Origin: Candidatus Hydrogenedens sp.
Lineage (GTDB): Bacteria; Hydrogenedentota; Hydrogenedentia; Hydrogenedentales; Hydrogenedentaceae
NCBI GenBank assembly: GCA_049968235.1
Contig: JBMFRC010000001.1
Span: forward strand, 160,001-224,000
Direction: 5' to 3'
Length of the DNA: 64,000 nt
Part shown: positions 51,950 to 60,721 of the stretch, piece by piece
Position numbering within the stretch: position 1 is the stretch's first letter
Layout: each line of letters begins with the position of its first letter
The notes under the pieces: generated by a model
Seen by the model: only the letters and a program-made list of their open reading frames with translations
Database searches by the model: none
What the model was told of the DNA's origin: nothing
Program-made: the position numbers and the translations under genes

Positions 51950-52834
51950 ATGAATTTAGTTTCTCTTTATAAACAAGGTAAACCTGTAGTTTCGTTTGAA
52001 TTTTTTCCGCCAAAGACATGGCAGGGTATTGCAGAACTGTATGAGCATTTTCGCGAATTGATGAAATGTAATCCTGGCTATATTACCTGCACTTATGGGG
52101 CAGGTGGTAATACAACCCTCAATGAAGCTCAAAAGCGAACATTGGAAGTGCTTCGCTGGGTAAGAGGGGATTATCCGGATATTCCTGTGGTTTCTCATTT
52201 AACCTGTGTAAATGCAACACAAATGGACTTACGAAACTATTTGTGTAAGGTAAAAGAGTTGTCAGTTTCAGGGGTTGTGGCTTTGCGAGGAGATGCGCCC
52301 GGTAATATACATAGGTTTATTCCTACTCCGAATGGTTTTCGATATGCAGTAGAATTGGTTCGATTGATTAAATCTGAATTTCCAGAGTTTAATATCCTTG
52401 TTGGAGGATACCCGGAAAAACATCCGGAGGCTCCCAGTCTGGAAGAGGATATACGACACTTAAAAGAGAAAGTGGATGCGGGTGGTGAAATTATTCTTAC
52501 ACAACTATTTTACAACAATGAAGATTTTTACCATTTTCGTGATTTATGTGAAAAAGCGAAGATTTATGTTCCGATTGTCCCCGGCATATTACCTGTGACC
52601 AATTTGGCTCAGGTAAAAAGGATTACATCTTTGTGTGGTGCGAAATTAACACCTGTCTTGTTGGAACGATTGGAGAAACATGAAAAAGATGAAGAAGGAC
52701 AATTTTCGGTGGGGGTATATTATGCCACTCGACAGGTAGAAGATTTAATTCAACAGGGAGTACCGGGTATCCATTTTTATGTGTTAAATAAATCCCGGGC
52801 AGCAGTTCATATTTGTCGTGCCCTTACATTATAA
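51950..52834 (+). CDS. metF: 5,10-methylenetetrahydrofolate reductase
   Basis: N-terminal motif VSFEFFPPKT and the MetF FAD-binding TIM-barrel pattern. Confidence 0.85.
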   Translation: MNLVSLYKQGKPVVSFEFFPPKTWQGIAELYEHFRELMKCNPGYITCTYGAGGNTTLNEAQKRTLEVLRWVRGDYPDIPVVSHLTCVNATQMDLRNYLCKVKELSVSGVVALRGDAPGNIHRFIPTPNGFRYAVELVRLIKSEFPEFNILVGGYPEKHPEAPSLEEDIRHLKEKVDAGGEIILTQLFYNNEDFYHFRDLCEKAKIYVPIVPGILPVTNLAQVKRITSLCGAKLTPVLLERLEKHEKDEEGQFSVGVYYATRQVEDLIQQGVPGIHFYVLNKSRAAVHICRALTL

Positions 52835-52891
52835 TGATTGTCGGACCCGTCGGCTCGACGAACTCGTCAGACATAAAATAGGAAAAAAATT

Positions 52892-53920
52892 ATGGCATTT
52901 TTAGAGGTTGTAAAAAATTCTAAAAAAACATTATGTGCTCCTTTCGTTAGTTTCCCCGGTACTGTGTTCACGAATTCCACAGTAAAGGAAAATCTCAACA
53001 ATGGTAAATTACAGGCAACAAGCATCATCGCCCTTCAAAAAACTTGTAATTTTGATGTTATCTTTCCCATGATGGATTTGACTGTGGAAGCAGAAGCAAT
53101 GGGTGCCTGTATCAATTGGGAAATTGACGAACTCCCTGCTGTAACAGGGAAAACTGTCCTTGATACAAATGATGTAAAAAATCTACCAATCCCCGAAGTT
53201 GGAGAAGGAAATAGATTGGGCGTTTTTGTAGAGACATGTAAGGAATTAAGAAAAGAATTTTCGGACAAATGGGTATGGGGATATGTTCTTGGTCCCTTTT
53301 CTATTGCAGGTCGATTGATGGGAATGACAGAAATTTCCATTGCTATAAAACTGGAACCTGAACTTGTACATCAAATACTGGAAAAAGTAAACACATTAAT
53401 AGAAAAATATGCATCTGCACTACTTGCAATGGGAATCGATGGACTGGTAATACTGGAACCTGCATCGGGAATGCTGGACGAATATGACGCAAATGAATTT
53501 TCCAATAACTATATTAAGAGAACAGTAAACCTAATTAAAGACAAAGGGAAGATTCCCATTTTGCATAATTGTGGAAAAGTTCTTCATCTTGTTGAAAGTC
53601 TATGTGCCACAGGCATACAAGCGTTACATGTAGGTTCGGTAACAGAACCGTATGATATTTATCCACGCATTCCCGATGATATTGTGTTAATGGGAAATCT
53701 AAACCCGACAGAAATATTCTTGCAAGGAACGCCTGAGAAACTTAAAGATGCAACAATAACTTTGCTTAAACAGATGGCAGGATATAACCGATTTGTAATC
53801 TCCTCGGGATGTGATATTCCACCGGGGACACCTATAGAAAATTTAAAAGTATTTAAAGAAGTAGTAGATTCAATAAAGCATTCTATGAACAATGATTCCC
53901 AAAAGGGAATATCTCTATGA
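52892..53920 (+). CDS. Uroporphyrinogen-decarboxylase-family methyltransferase (MtaA/CmuA-like, zinc-type)
   Basis: URO-D fold. The pattern is GPFSIAG...GIDGLVILEPASG...LHNCGKV...GN...SSGCDIPPGTP. The candidate Zn ligands H-x-C ... C lie at MtaA-equivalent positions. Confidence 0.7.
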   Translation: MAFLEVVKNSKKTLCAPFVSFPGTVFTNSTVKENLNNGKLQATSIIALQKTCNFDVIFPMMDLTVEAEAMGACINWEIDELPAVTGKTVLDTNDVKNLPIPEVGEGNRLGVFVETCKELRKEFSDKWVWGYVLGPFSIAGRLMGMTEISIAIKLEPELVHQILEKVNTLIEKYASALLAMGIDGLVILEPASGMLDEYDANEFSNNYIKRTVNLIKDKGKIPILHNCGKVLHLVESLCATGIQALHVGSVTEPYDIYPRIPDDIVLMGNLNPTEIFLQGTPEKLKDATITLLKQMAGYNRFVISSGCDIPPGTPIENLKVFKEVVDSIKHSMNNDSQKGISL

Positions 53921-56475
53921 CACGCATCGGTGGGATAACAGTCGGTTTCCTATTCATTTTTATCCTCTTTCCTATTCTCTTATCCGCTCAAGTAGATGAA
54001 GCGGAAATGAAAGAGTGGATTGATGCTTCATCTTATAGAGACCTGGCTATTGTCATCCCCGAAAATGCTTCTCCCCTGCTTCTACACTCTGCAGAAATTT
54101 TCAAAAAATATTGGGAATCTTGCACACACCGTCCTATTGCAATCTCAACACTAAATCAAGGGGCTATTAATATCTGGTTAGGTGCGGAACTCTGCACTAA
54201 AGAATGGATTGACCCGGAAGAACTGGATAACCTCGGTGATGAAGGGTTTATTATACGGACCTATACACCCACACGGAAATATGCCCAAAAAGGTGTCGCA
54301 AAACAATTGCTCATTTGCGGGAAAACAGATATAGGAACTCTTCACGGAGTTTATACCTTTTTTGAACGTTATCTGAATGTTGCATGGTTATCCTCATCTT
54401 ACACGCATAAACCACCTTTAGGTTATCGGCTTAAAGAGATAGATTATAAATTTTCACCACATTTTGAATATCGCGTTTTTCTTTCTGACCTTCCGGAATT
54501 TAAGATGGAAGGCGATAGGAAAGAAGGACTCCATTTATCTCTTTTTACCCGAGAAGAAGATTTCATCCCTATACCTATTAACAAATATTTTAATACAGAA
54601 GAATACGCTCAAAATACAACAGAATTAAAAGCGAAGTCTCTTCTCCATAATCCGATATGTTTCTCTTCAGAAAAGATAAAACAGACCTTTATAAGTTTTA
54701 TAAAAAAACAAATGGAATTAAATCCCCAGCGGAAATTTTGGACGATTGAGGTTGGCGGCACAGAAATAAACTCCTGTCTATGCACAAACTGTCAGGAACA
54801 AATTAAATCTACAGAAACACCAGTAACTCCCTTATTAACAATGTTGAACGATGCAATTGAGATATTGGAAAAGATTTATCCGGAAAAAGAATTACAATTT
54901 TGCCTCTCCTTGAAAAATACTATGCGAAAAGCCCCACAGAATATACAGATCAATAAAAAACTGTTTATTGCCCTTTCGACAGATACCTGTGATATCGCCC
55001 GTACAATAGATGACCCTGTATCTCAACCCAATATATGCTTCCTTAATGATTTAAAAGGTTGGCGTAATCTTACACCTAATTTACTTATACGATATTATGT
55101 AGGAGCCAATTATTATTGTGGTTTATTTCATCAACCGGAGTTATTTAATTTCCAAAAAGACATTCAGACCTTTGACAGGTATCAGGTTCGTGGGATTATA
55201 ATTTGTACCCCTTCTCAGAAAATATTCCCATTTACTGAATTTGGTGAACTTAAATCATATATTTTAGCCCGCCTGATATGGGACCCCGACTTGATTATAG
55301 AAGAAGAGATAAATCGGTTTTTGAATTTATATTATGGTCCCGCAGGTGCTAAGTATGCAGAATTTTTCAATTATCAAAAAGACTTAATTAAGAAAAACAA
55401 TATCCGGTGTAATATTTACCAAAAAATCCCGTGGTGGAATGAAGAATATGCTTCCAATGCAGTAAAAATCATACAGCAAACGATAAACATGTCATATTTT
55501 GCTAAGGATATATACAATCATGTCTTACAAACTTCTATACCGCTCCATTATTCAGCCTTCATTTGTCCACCGAACATTGAGATTCAAAATGATAAATTTT
55601 TAGAAACACGTCCCGCTACAATTTCTGAAGAAGAGTTCTGGAAAAGTTTAGATAAAATAGAAACATTTTCAGCAAATGGTTCTTTCATACCGTATCGTGA
55701 AATTATCTCTAATATAAATTCTTTCAATCCGTTTCCTGAACGTTCCTCCTTATTCAAGAAATATGCCATGGAAAATAAACACTATACGTTATGGATTTTA
55801 CCGGAATATCAAGGAGCCATTATCCGCATGCAGGATAAAACATCAGGAATCGAATACCTACCGGCTTTTCAGAAAGGAATAAATCCTTATTTTGTCTGGA
55901 ATGAATATCAAGATATATCAGATACAGGTTATGGTCTTCCCTTTTCAGGGGATTACATTACAAAAGAGGTAGAGAGTAATAAAATTACTGTTGAAAGGGA
56001 AATTAGAAAAGGAGTCTTATTACAACGAAAAGTGACTATAGAAGATACCGGGGAAGTTATTTTGTACTATACTTGTGAAAATCGAAACTCTCAGGAAGAA
56101 AAAATTTCGTTTTATATTGTTCCACGATTTAGTTTAAGCAGTGATAATAAGGCGATAGAAATATGGACTAACCAAAATCCAAGATGGGGAAAAATACAAC
56201 AGATACTCATCTCATACCAGCCCTTTACCTATTCATTACAAGATATTCATCAAGAAAACGCATCAGGGGTAGGAATTCATTTTTGCGAGAAAGGAGTGTT
56301 CCTTCAACTAGAAGTGCAACAATTGTCCCCTGAAAACATTGACTTCTTGCTTGATTATTCTTACTACGATGGTTACATCGCTCCTATAATAAAGATTTAC
56401 CTACCCATAAAGTATCAACAAACCTATTCTTTTTCTCTTCATTGTAAAACTCAGAATACCAACACTTTTAAGTAA
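53917..56475 (+). CDS. Large secreted hypothetical protein (852 aa), possibly a DUF4838-like or GH-like carbohydrate-active protein
   Basis: Signal peptide MTRIGGITVGFLFIFILFPILLSAQ. The start overlaps the upstream stop as ATGA. I recognise no catalytic motif with confidence. Confidence 0.6.
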   Translation: MTRIGGITVGFLFIFILFPILLSAQVDEAEMKEWIDASSYRDLAIVIPENASPLLLHSAEIFKKYWESCTHRPIAISTLNQGAINIWLGAELCTKEWIDPEELDNLGDEGFIIRTYTPTRKYAQKGVAKQLLICGKTDIGTLHGVYTFFERYLNVAWLSSSYTHKPPLGYRLKEIDYKFSPHFEYRVFLSDLPEFKMEGDRKEGLHLSLFTREEDFIPIPINKYFNTEEYAQNTTELKAKSLLHNPICFSSEKIKQTFISFIKKQMELNPQRKFWTIEVGGTEINSCLCTNCQEQIKSTETPVTPLLTMLNDAIEILEKIYPEKELQFCLSLKNTMRKAPQNIQINKKLFIALSTDTCDIARTIDDPVSQPNICFLNDLKGWRNLTPNLLIRYYVGANYYCGLFHQPELFNFQKDIQTFDRYQVRGIIICTPSQKIFPFTEFGELKSYILARLIWDPDLIIEEEINRFLNLYYGPAGAKYAEFFNYQKDLIKKNNIRCNIYQKIPWWNEEYASNAVKIIQQTINMSYFAKDIYNHVLQTSIPLHYSAFICPPNIEIQNDKFLETRPATISEEEFWKSLDKIETFSANGSFIPYREIISNINSFNPFPERSSLFKKYAMENKHYTLWILPEYQGAIIRMQDKTSGIEYLPAFQKGINPYFVWNEYQDISDTGYGLPFSGDYITKEVESNKITVEREIRKGVLLQRKVTIEDTGEVILYYTCENRNSQEEKISFYIVPRFSLSSDNKAIEIWTNQNPRWGKIQQILISYQPFTYSLQDIHQENASGVGIHFCEKGVFLQLEVQQLSPENIDFLLDYSYYDGYIAPIIKIYLPIKYQQTYSFSLHCKTQNTNTFK

Positions 56476-56485
56476 AAAATAATTT

Positions 56486-57169
56486 TTACTTTTCTTTTCT
56501 GGTACCTCCGAATACAGCATATTTGTAGTATTTCCAAATAACATCTATATCTGTAAAACCTACTTCTTCGAGCCATTTAAGATGAGACATTAATTTTTCA
56601 GGATTGCCTCCTTTATGGTGTCTGCCCAACCATTTTTTATTTATTTCCTCATCAGAAATTGTTCGAGCCATAAAATCCTTCCAGTTTAACATATACAGTC
56701 CTTCAAGATATTCGTTAGACCCTATTACGACATCTGCATTGTAAAAAACACCTCCATCAGTCAAATTCTTAAATACTTTCTGATAAAATTGCTTTTTGTC
56801 TCTTCCTAAATGATGTAAAGATAAAGAGGAAAGGACAACATCGTATTTTTTGTCAAACTCAAATTGTGAAAAATCACATAGAATATATGAAATATCCCTA
56901 TAATCTGCCATCTTTGTCTTTGCCATGTTAATCATATTCTCTGCAAAATCGAGGCAAGTTATCTTTGCATTGGGAAATTTTTCTTTTACTTTTTTTGCTA
57001 TGGTCCCTGTTCCACAACCAACATCAATCACATGGACAGGCATATTCTTTTCATGCGGAATGGTTGACAGTAATGCTTCAATCATTTCCTCGTAATAGGG
57101 GATTAAATTTAAGACAATCTGGTCAAATTCTTTTGCTTCTTCTTCGAAATGTTCTTTCATTGTATCCAT
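56486..57169 (-). CDS. Class I SAM-dependent methyltransferase
   Basis: Motif I VIDVGCGTGTIAKKV and the post-I acidic residue CLDFAENM. 227 aa. Confidence 0.8.
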   Translation of the reverse strand: MDTMKEHFEEEAKEFDQIVLNLIPYYEEMIEALLSTIPHEKNMPVHVIDVGCGTGTIAKKVKEKFPNAKITCLDFAENMINMAKTKMADYRDISYILCDFSQFEFDKKYDVVLSSLSLHHLGRDKKQFYQKVFKNLTDGGVFYNADVVIGSNEYLEGLYMLNWKDFMARTISDEEINKKWLGRHHKGGNPEKLMSHLKWLEEVGFTDIDVIWKYYKYAVFGGTRKEK

Positions 57170-57407
57170 AAAGAATTTCCTTTACAGGTTTCTATTATTA
57201 AATGATTCTTACCCTATGGGAAACTTGTTTCCTCCTATTAGTTTTTATACGGGTCATGAATGATGGGTATTTTACCATTTGACCATATAAATTATAAACT
57301 TTTATTTGGTATTTGATTTGAAAGTAGTTATAATAGTATATGTTTTTGAAATGTAAATTTTATTGTATCTATCAATAACATTAACCACTAAATGAAGGGA
57401 GTGTTTT

Positions 57408-58577
57408 ATGGCTAAAAAGACTGTAAATGTAGCAATGGTCGGTGGTGCGTTCATGGGTAAAACACATAGCAACGCATGGCGTAAAGTAGCGATGTTTTTT
57501 GACCCACCTGTAAATCCTGTGATGAAAGTGATGTGCGACAAGGACCCCAATGCATTGAAGAATGCGGAACGGTATGGCTGGCAGGAGACCTCGGACAATT
57601 GGGAAGAGGTGGTGAATCGCCCGGATATTGATGTTATTGATATTTGTACACCGAATTTCCTCCATCCTCCGATTGCTATTGCAGCGGCTAAGGCAGGTAA
57701 AGCAATTGTTTGCGAAAAGCCATTAGCCAATACATTAGCAGAAGCAAAGCAAATGTGGGATGCAGTGAAAAAAGCCGGTGTTCGCAATATGTGTGGTTTT
57801 TCCTATCGTTTCGCTCCAGCAGTGCAAACAATTAAACAACTGGTCTCAAAAGGACAATTGGGTGATATTTTCCATTTTCGTGCTGCATATCAACAGGACT
57901 GGATTGTTGACCCTGATTTTCCAATGGTATGGCGTTTGAAGAAAAAACATACCGGTTCGGGTGCGTTAGGAGACATTGGTGCACACATTACTGATTTGTG
58001 TCATTTTCTTGTAGGACAGGTATGTGAAGTTGCAGGAACGATGGAAACCTTTATAAAGAAACGCGTTGTGCCAGAAAGTGATGTGGGAGCATGGGGAGCT
58101 AAAGGTGGTAAAGGGAAAAAGGTCTATGACACTGTTGATGTTGATGATGCAGCAGTATATGTAGCAAGAATCCAGGGGAAAAACACATTGGCAACTTTTG
58201 AAGCAACGCGTTTTGCTCCGGGCAGAAGAAATTACAATAGCATTGAAATTTATGGAAGTAAAGGTTCCGTATTATGGAATCAGGAAGAAATGAACGAATT
58301 TCATTATTTCAATCGTAGTGACCCACCCACCTTACAGGGCTTTCGTAAAGTTCAAGCCTGTGATATGGGTCATCCTTATGTGCATGCATGGTGGCCACCG
58401 GGTCATATTATTGGTTATGAACATCTTTTCGTTCATGAAATTTATGAATTTCTGTGTAGTTTAGCCAGTAAGAAGATAAATTATCCCACATTTGAAGATG
58501 CGGTAAAATGTCAGGCAGTGTTGGATGCCGTGGAACGTGCTTCTGCTTCGAAAAAATGGGAAAAGGTCATAATTTAA
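57408..58577 (+). CDS. Gfo/Idh/MocA family sugar dehydrogenase (about 390-aa class)
   Basis: Rossmann motif VNVAMVGGAFMGKTH and EKPLA. The C-terminal alpha/beta domain carries WWPPGHIIGYEH. Confidence 0.8.
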   Translation: MAKKTVNVAMVGGAFMGKTHSNAWRKVAMFFDPPVNPVMKVMCDKDPNALKNAERYGWQETSDNWEEVVNRPDIDVIDICTPNFLHPPIAIAAAKAGKAIVCEKPLANTLAEAKQMWDAVKKAGVRNMCGFSYRFAPAVQTIKQLVSKGQLGDIFHFRAAYQQDWIVDPDFPMVWRLKKKHTGSGALGDIGAHITDLCHFLVGQVCEVAGTMETFIKKRVVPESDVGAWGAKGGKGKKVYDTVDVDDAAVYVARIQGKNTLATFEATRFAPGRRNYNSIEIYGSKGSVLWNQEEMNEFHYFNRSDPPTLQGFRKVQACDMGHPYVHAWWPPGHIIGYEHLFVHEIYEFLCSLASKKINYPTFEDAVKCQAVLDAVERASASKKWEKVII

Positions 58578-58616
58578 GGTTTGGAAATAAAAACTTTAAT
58601 AAAAGGAGAATGAAAT

Positions 58617-59579
58617 ATGAAATTAGGTCTATTGACAGTGATGTTTGGTGGAACACCTTTAAAAGATGTTCTTGAAATTATTCGTCCATTAAAACTTCAA
58701 TGTGTAGAATTAGGAACCGGGAATTACCCCGGTGGGGCTCATGCTCCTTTGAAAGAATTGTTATCTTCAAAACCCAGGCGAGATGAATTAAAAGCGATGT
58801 TAAAAGGAGAAGGTCTGGAAATTAGTGCTTTGAGTTGTCATGGGAATTGTTTACACCCTGACGCGGATTTTGCAAAGAAAAATCGCGAAGTCCAAACAGA
58901 TACCATTCGTCTGGCTCACGAATTAGGTGTTAAGGTCGTTATCGATTTTTCAGGCTGTCCCGGTTCTGACCCTTCTGCAAAGAAACCTAACTGGGTTACC
59001 TGTGCCTGGCCTCCCGATTATCTGGATATATTGAAATGGCAATGGGAAGAAGTGGCTATCCCATATTGGTCAAAACAGGCGAAATTTGCCCGTGACCACG
59101 GAGTAAATCTTGCTTTTGAAATGCACCCCGGCTTTCTTGTGTACAACACAGAAACATTGTTAAAACTTCGCAAAACCTGTGGGAATAACATCGGCGCTAA
59201 TTTAGACCCCAGCCATTTATTCTGGCAGGGTATGGACCCCTGTGCCGTTGTCCGTGTATTAGGTAAAGCCATATTCCATGTGCATGCCAAAGATTCCAAA
59301 GTTGATGCAACGAACACAATGGTAAATGGTGTGCTGGATACGAAACATTATGGAGATGAGATTCATCGTTCATGGATATTCCGCACTTGCGGTTATGGGC
59401 ATAGTTTAGAATGGTGGAAGGATTTCTTCTCCAATCTACGCATGGTGGGTTATGATGGTGCTATTAGTATTGAACATGAAGATAGTTTAATGTCCAATCG
59501 TGAAGGTTTGACCAAAGCAGTTGAATTTTTGAAACAAGCCATTATTGCGGAAAAACCAACCGCAATGACCTGGGCATAA
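58617..59579 (+). CDS. Sugar phosphate isomerase/epimerase (xylose-isomerase-like TIM barrel), cytoplasmic
   Basis: 320 aa with AP-endonuclease-2 / xylose-isomerase-like motifs (FEMHPG, HVHAKD, SIEHED). No signal peptide. Confidence 0.75.
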   Translation: MKLGLLTVMFGGTPLKDVLEIIRPLKLQCVELGTGNYPGGAHAPLKELLSSKPRRDELKAMLKGEGLEISALSCHGNCLHPDADFAKKNREVQTDTIRLAHELGVKVVIDFSGCPGSDPSAKKPNWVTCAWPPDYLDILKWQWEEVAIPYWSKQAKFARDHGVNLAFEMHPGFLVYNTETLLKLRKTCGNNIGANLDPSHLFWQGMDPCAVVRVLGKAIFHVHAKDSKVDATNTMVNGVLDTKHYGDEIHRSWIFRTCGYGHSLEWWKDFFSNLRMVGYDGAISIEHEDSLMSNREGLTKAVEFLKQAIIAEKPTAMTWA

Positions 59580-59594
59580 AACTTTTTTGGAATA

Positions 59595-59645
59595 GGGAGA
59601 GTCTAATGTAGGCTCTCCCTTAACACTTTTTAAACTCTTTTTAAG
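59595..59645 (+). terminator. Intra-operon hairpin plus T-tract (candidate intrinsic terminator or attenuator)
   Basis: AGGGAGAG-tctaatgtagg-CTCTCCCT is a perfect 8-bp stem. It is followed by taacactttttaaactcttttt and then the SD AAGGAGG of the next gene. Confidence 0.45.
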
Positions 59646-59656
59646 GAGGATTCTCC

Positions 59657-60655
59657 ATGGCTATCCAGGTAGGTATTGTAGGACTGGGAATGATGGGTAA
59701 AGTGCATTTTGATACCTATAACAAATTAAAGGGTGTCAAAGTGGTGGCAGTGTGTGATGCCGATGAAAAGAAACGAAAAGGGAATATAGGTCCGTTTGGT
59801 ACTCTTGACCTGAGTAAGGTAAAAGTCTATTCCCGAGTAGAAGAAATTCTCAATGACCCTCAGGTGGATGTATTAGATATTACATTACCCACACCTGCTC
59901 ATGCTCCGATTACAATACAGGCATTTCAAGCAGGGAAACATGTCATATGTGAGAAGCCCATGGCTCGAACCTCCGCCGAAGCACTGGAGATGATAAAATC
60001 GGCAAAGAAATACAAAAAACATTTATATATCGCACATTGCATTCGATTCTGGCCCTCTTATATCATTGCAAAAGAAATGGTTGAAAGCGGGAAATATGGC
60101 AAAGTACGTACCGCAAAGTTCAGTCGCATTAGTCCACTTCCCGGTTGGAGTTGGCAAAATTGGCTTCAATCCGCACAACATTCCGGCAGATGTGCTCTTG
60201 ACCTTCATATTCACGATGCGGACTTTGTCCGCTATTTATTTGGGAAACCCCGGACCGTTCAAAGTTTAGGAGTAAGTCTCGCACTAGGAGGTATTGACCA
60301 TATTATTACCAGTTATAATTATCCAGACCGCCATTGGGTCGTTGCAGAAGGAGCATGGGAATATAGCACTACCTATCCTTTCTCAATGACTTTTACTATT
60401 GCGATGGAACAGGGAACTTTAGAGATGTCTCGCGATTTATCGCTGACTTATTACCCCAATCGAGGCAAACCCAAGCAGATTAAAGTTCTCAAAGGAGATG
60501 GCTACGAAGGGGAATTAAGACATTTTCTTGAATGTTTACAAAAAGACCGTGATTCGGATATTATTCCCTCAGAAGAAGCGTATAAAACACTACTTCTAAT
60601 TGAAGCAGAGATTGAATCGGTTAAAACACAAAAACCCGTGTCCGTTCGTGGATAA
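59657..60655 (+). CDS. Gfo/Idh/MocA family oxidoreductase (about 330-aa class)
   Basis: IQVGIVGLGMMGKVHFDTY and EKPMA. Confidence 0.8.
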   Translation: MAIQVGIVGLGMMGKVHFDTYNKLKGVKVVAVCDADEKKRKGNIGPFGTLDLSKVKVYSRVEEILNDPQVDVLDITLPTPAHAPITIQAFQAGKHVICEKPMARTSAEALEMIKSAKKYKKHLYIAHCIRFWPSYIIAKEMVESGKYGKVRTAKFSRISPLPGWSWQNWLQSAQHSGRCALDLHIHDADFVRYLFGKPRTVQSLGVSLALGGIDHIITSYNYPDRHWVVAEGAWEYSTTYPFSMTFTIAMEQGTLEMSRDLSLTYYPNRGKPKQIKVLKGDGYEGELRHFLECLQKDRDSDIIPSEEAYKTLLLIEAEIESVKTQKPVSVRG

Positions 60656-60662
60656 AATTTAA

Positions 60663-60699
60663 GGGCTGGACTCGTCAGTCTTATCGAACCTGTCCAGCC
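60663..60699 (+). terminator. GC-rich stem-loop after the operon (weak terminator or REP-like element)
   Basis: GGGCTGGAC-(20 nt)-GTCCAGCC. The downstream U-tract is poor. Confidence 0.3.
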
Positions 60700-60721
60700 T
60701 AAAAGTTTAACAAAGTTTACC

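Noticed and set aside
52848-52875. A 9-mer (ACTCGTCAG) in the GC-rich hairpin downstream of metF, shared with the stem-loop at 60663-60699, as a possible dispersed repeat family
   Set aside because: A shared 9-mer is expected about 0.5 times by chance in 64 kb. The flanks do not align, so this is not a REP family on this evidence.
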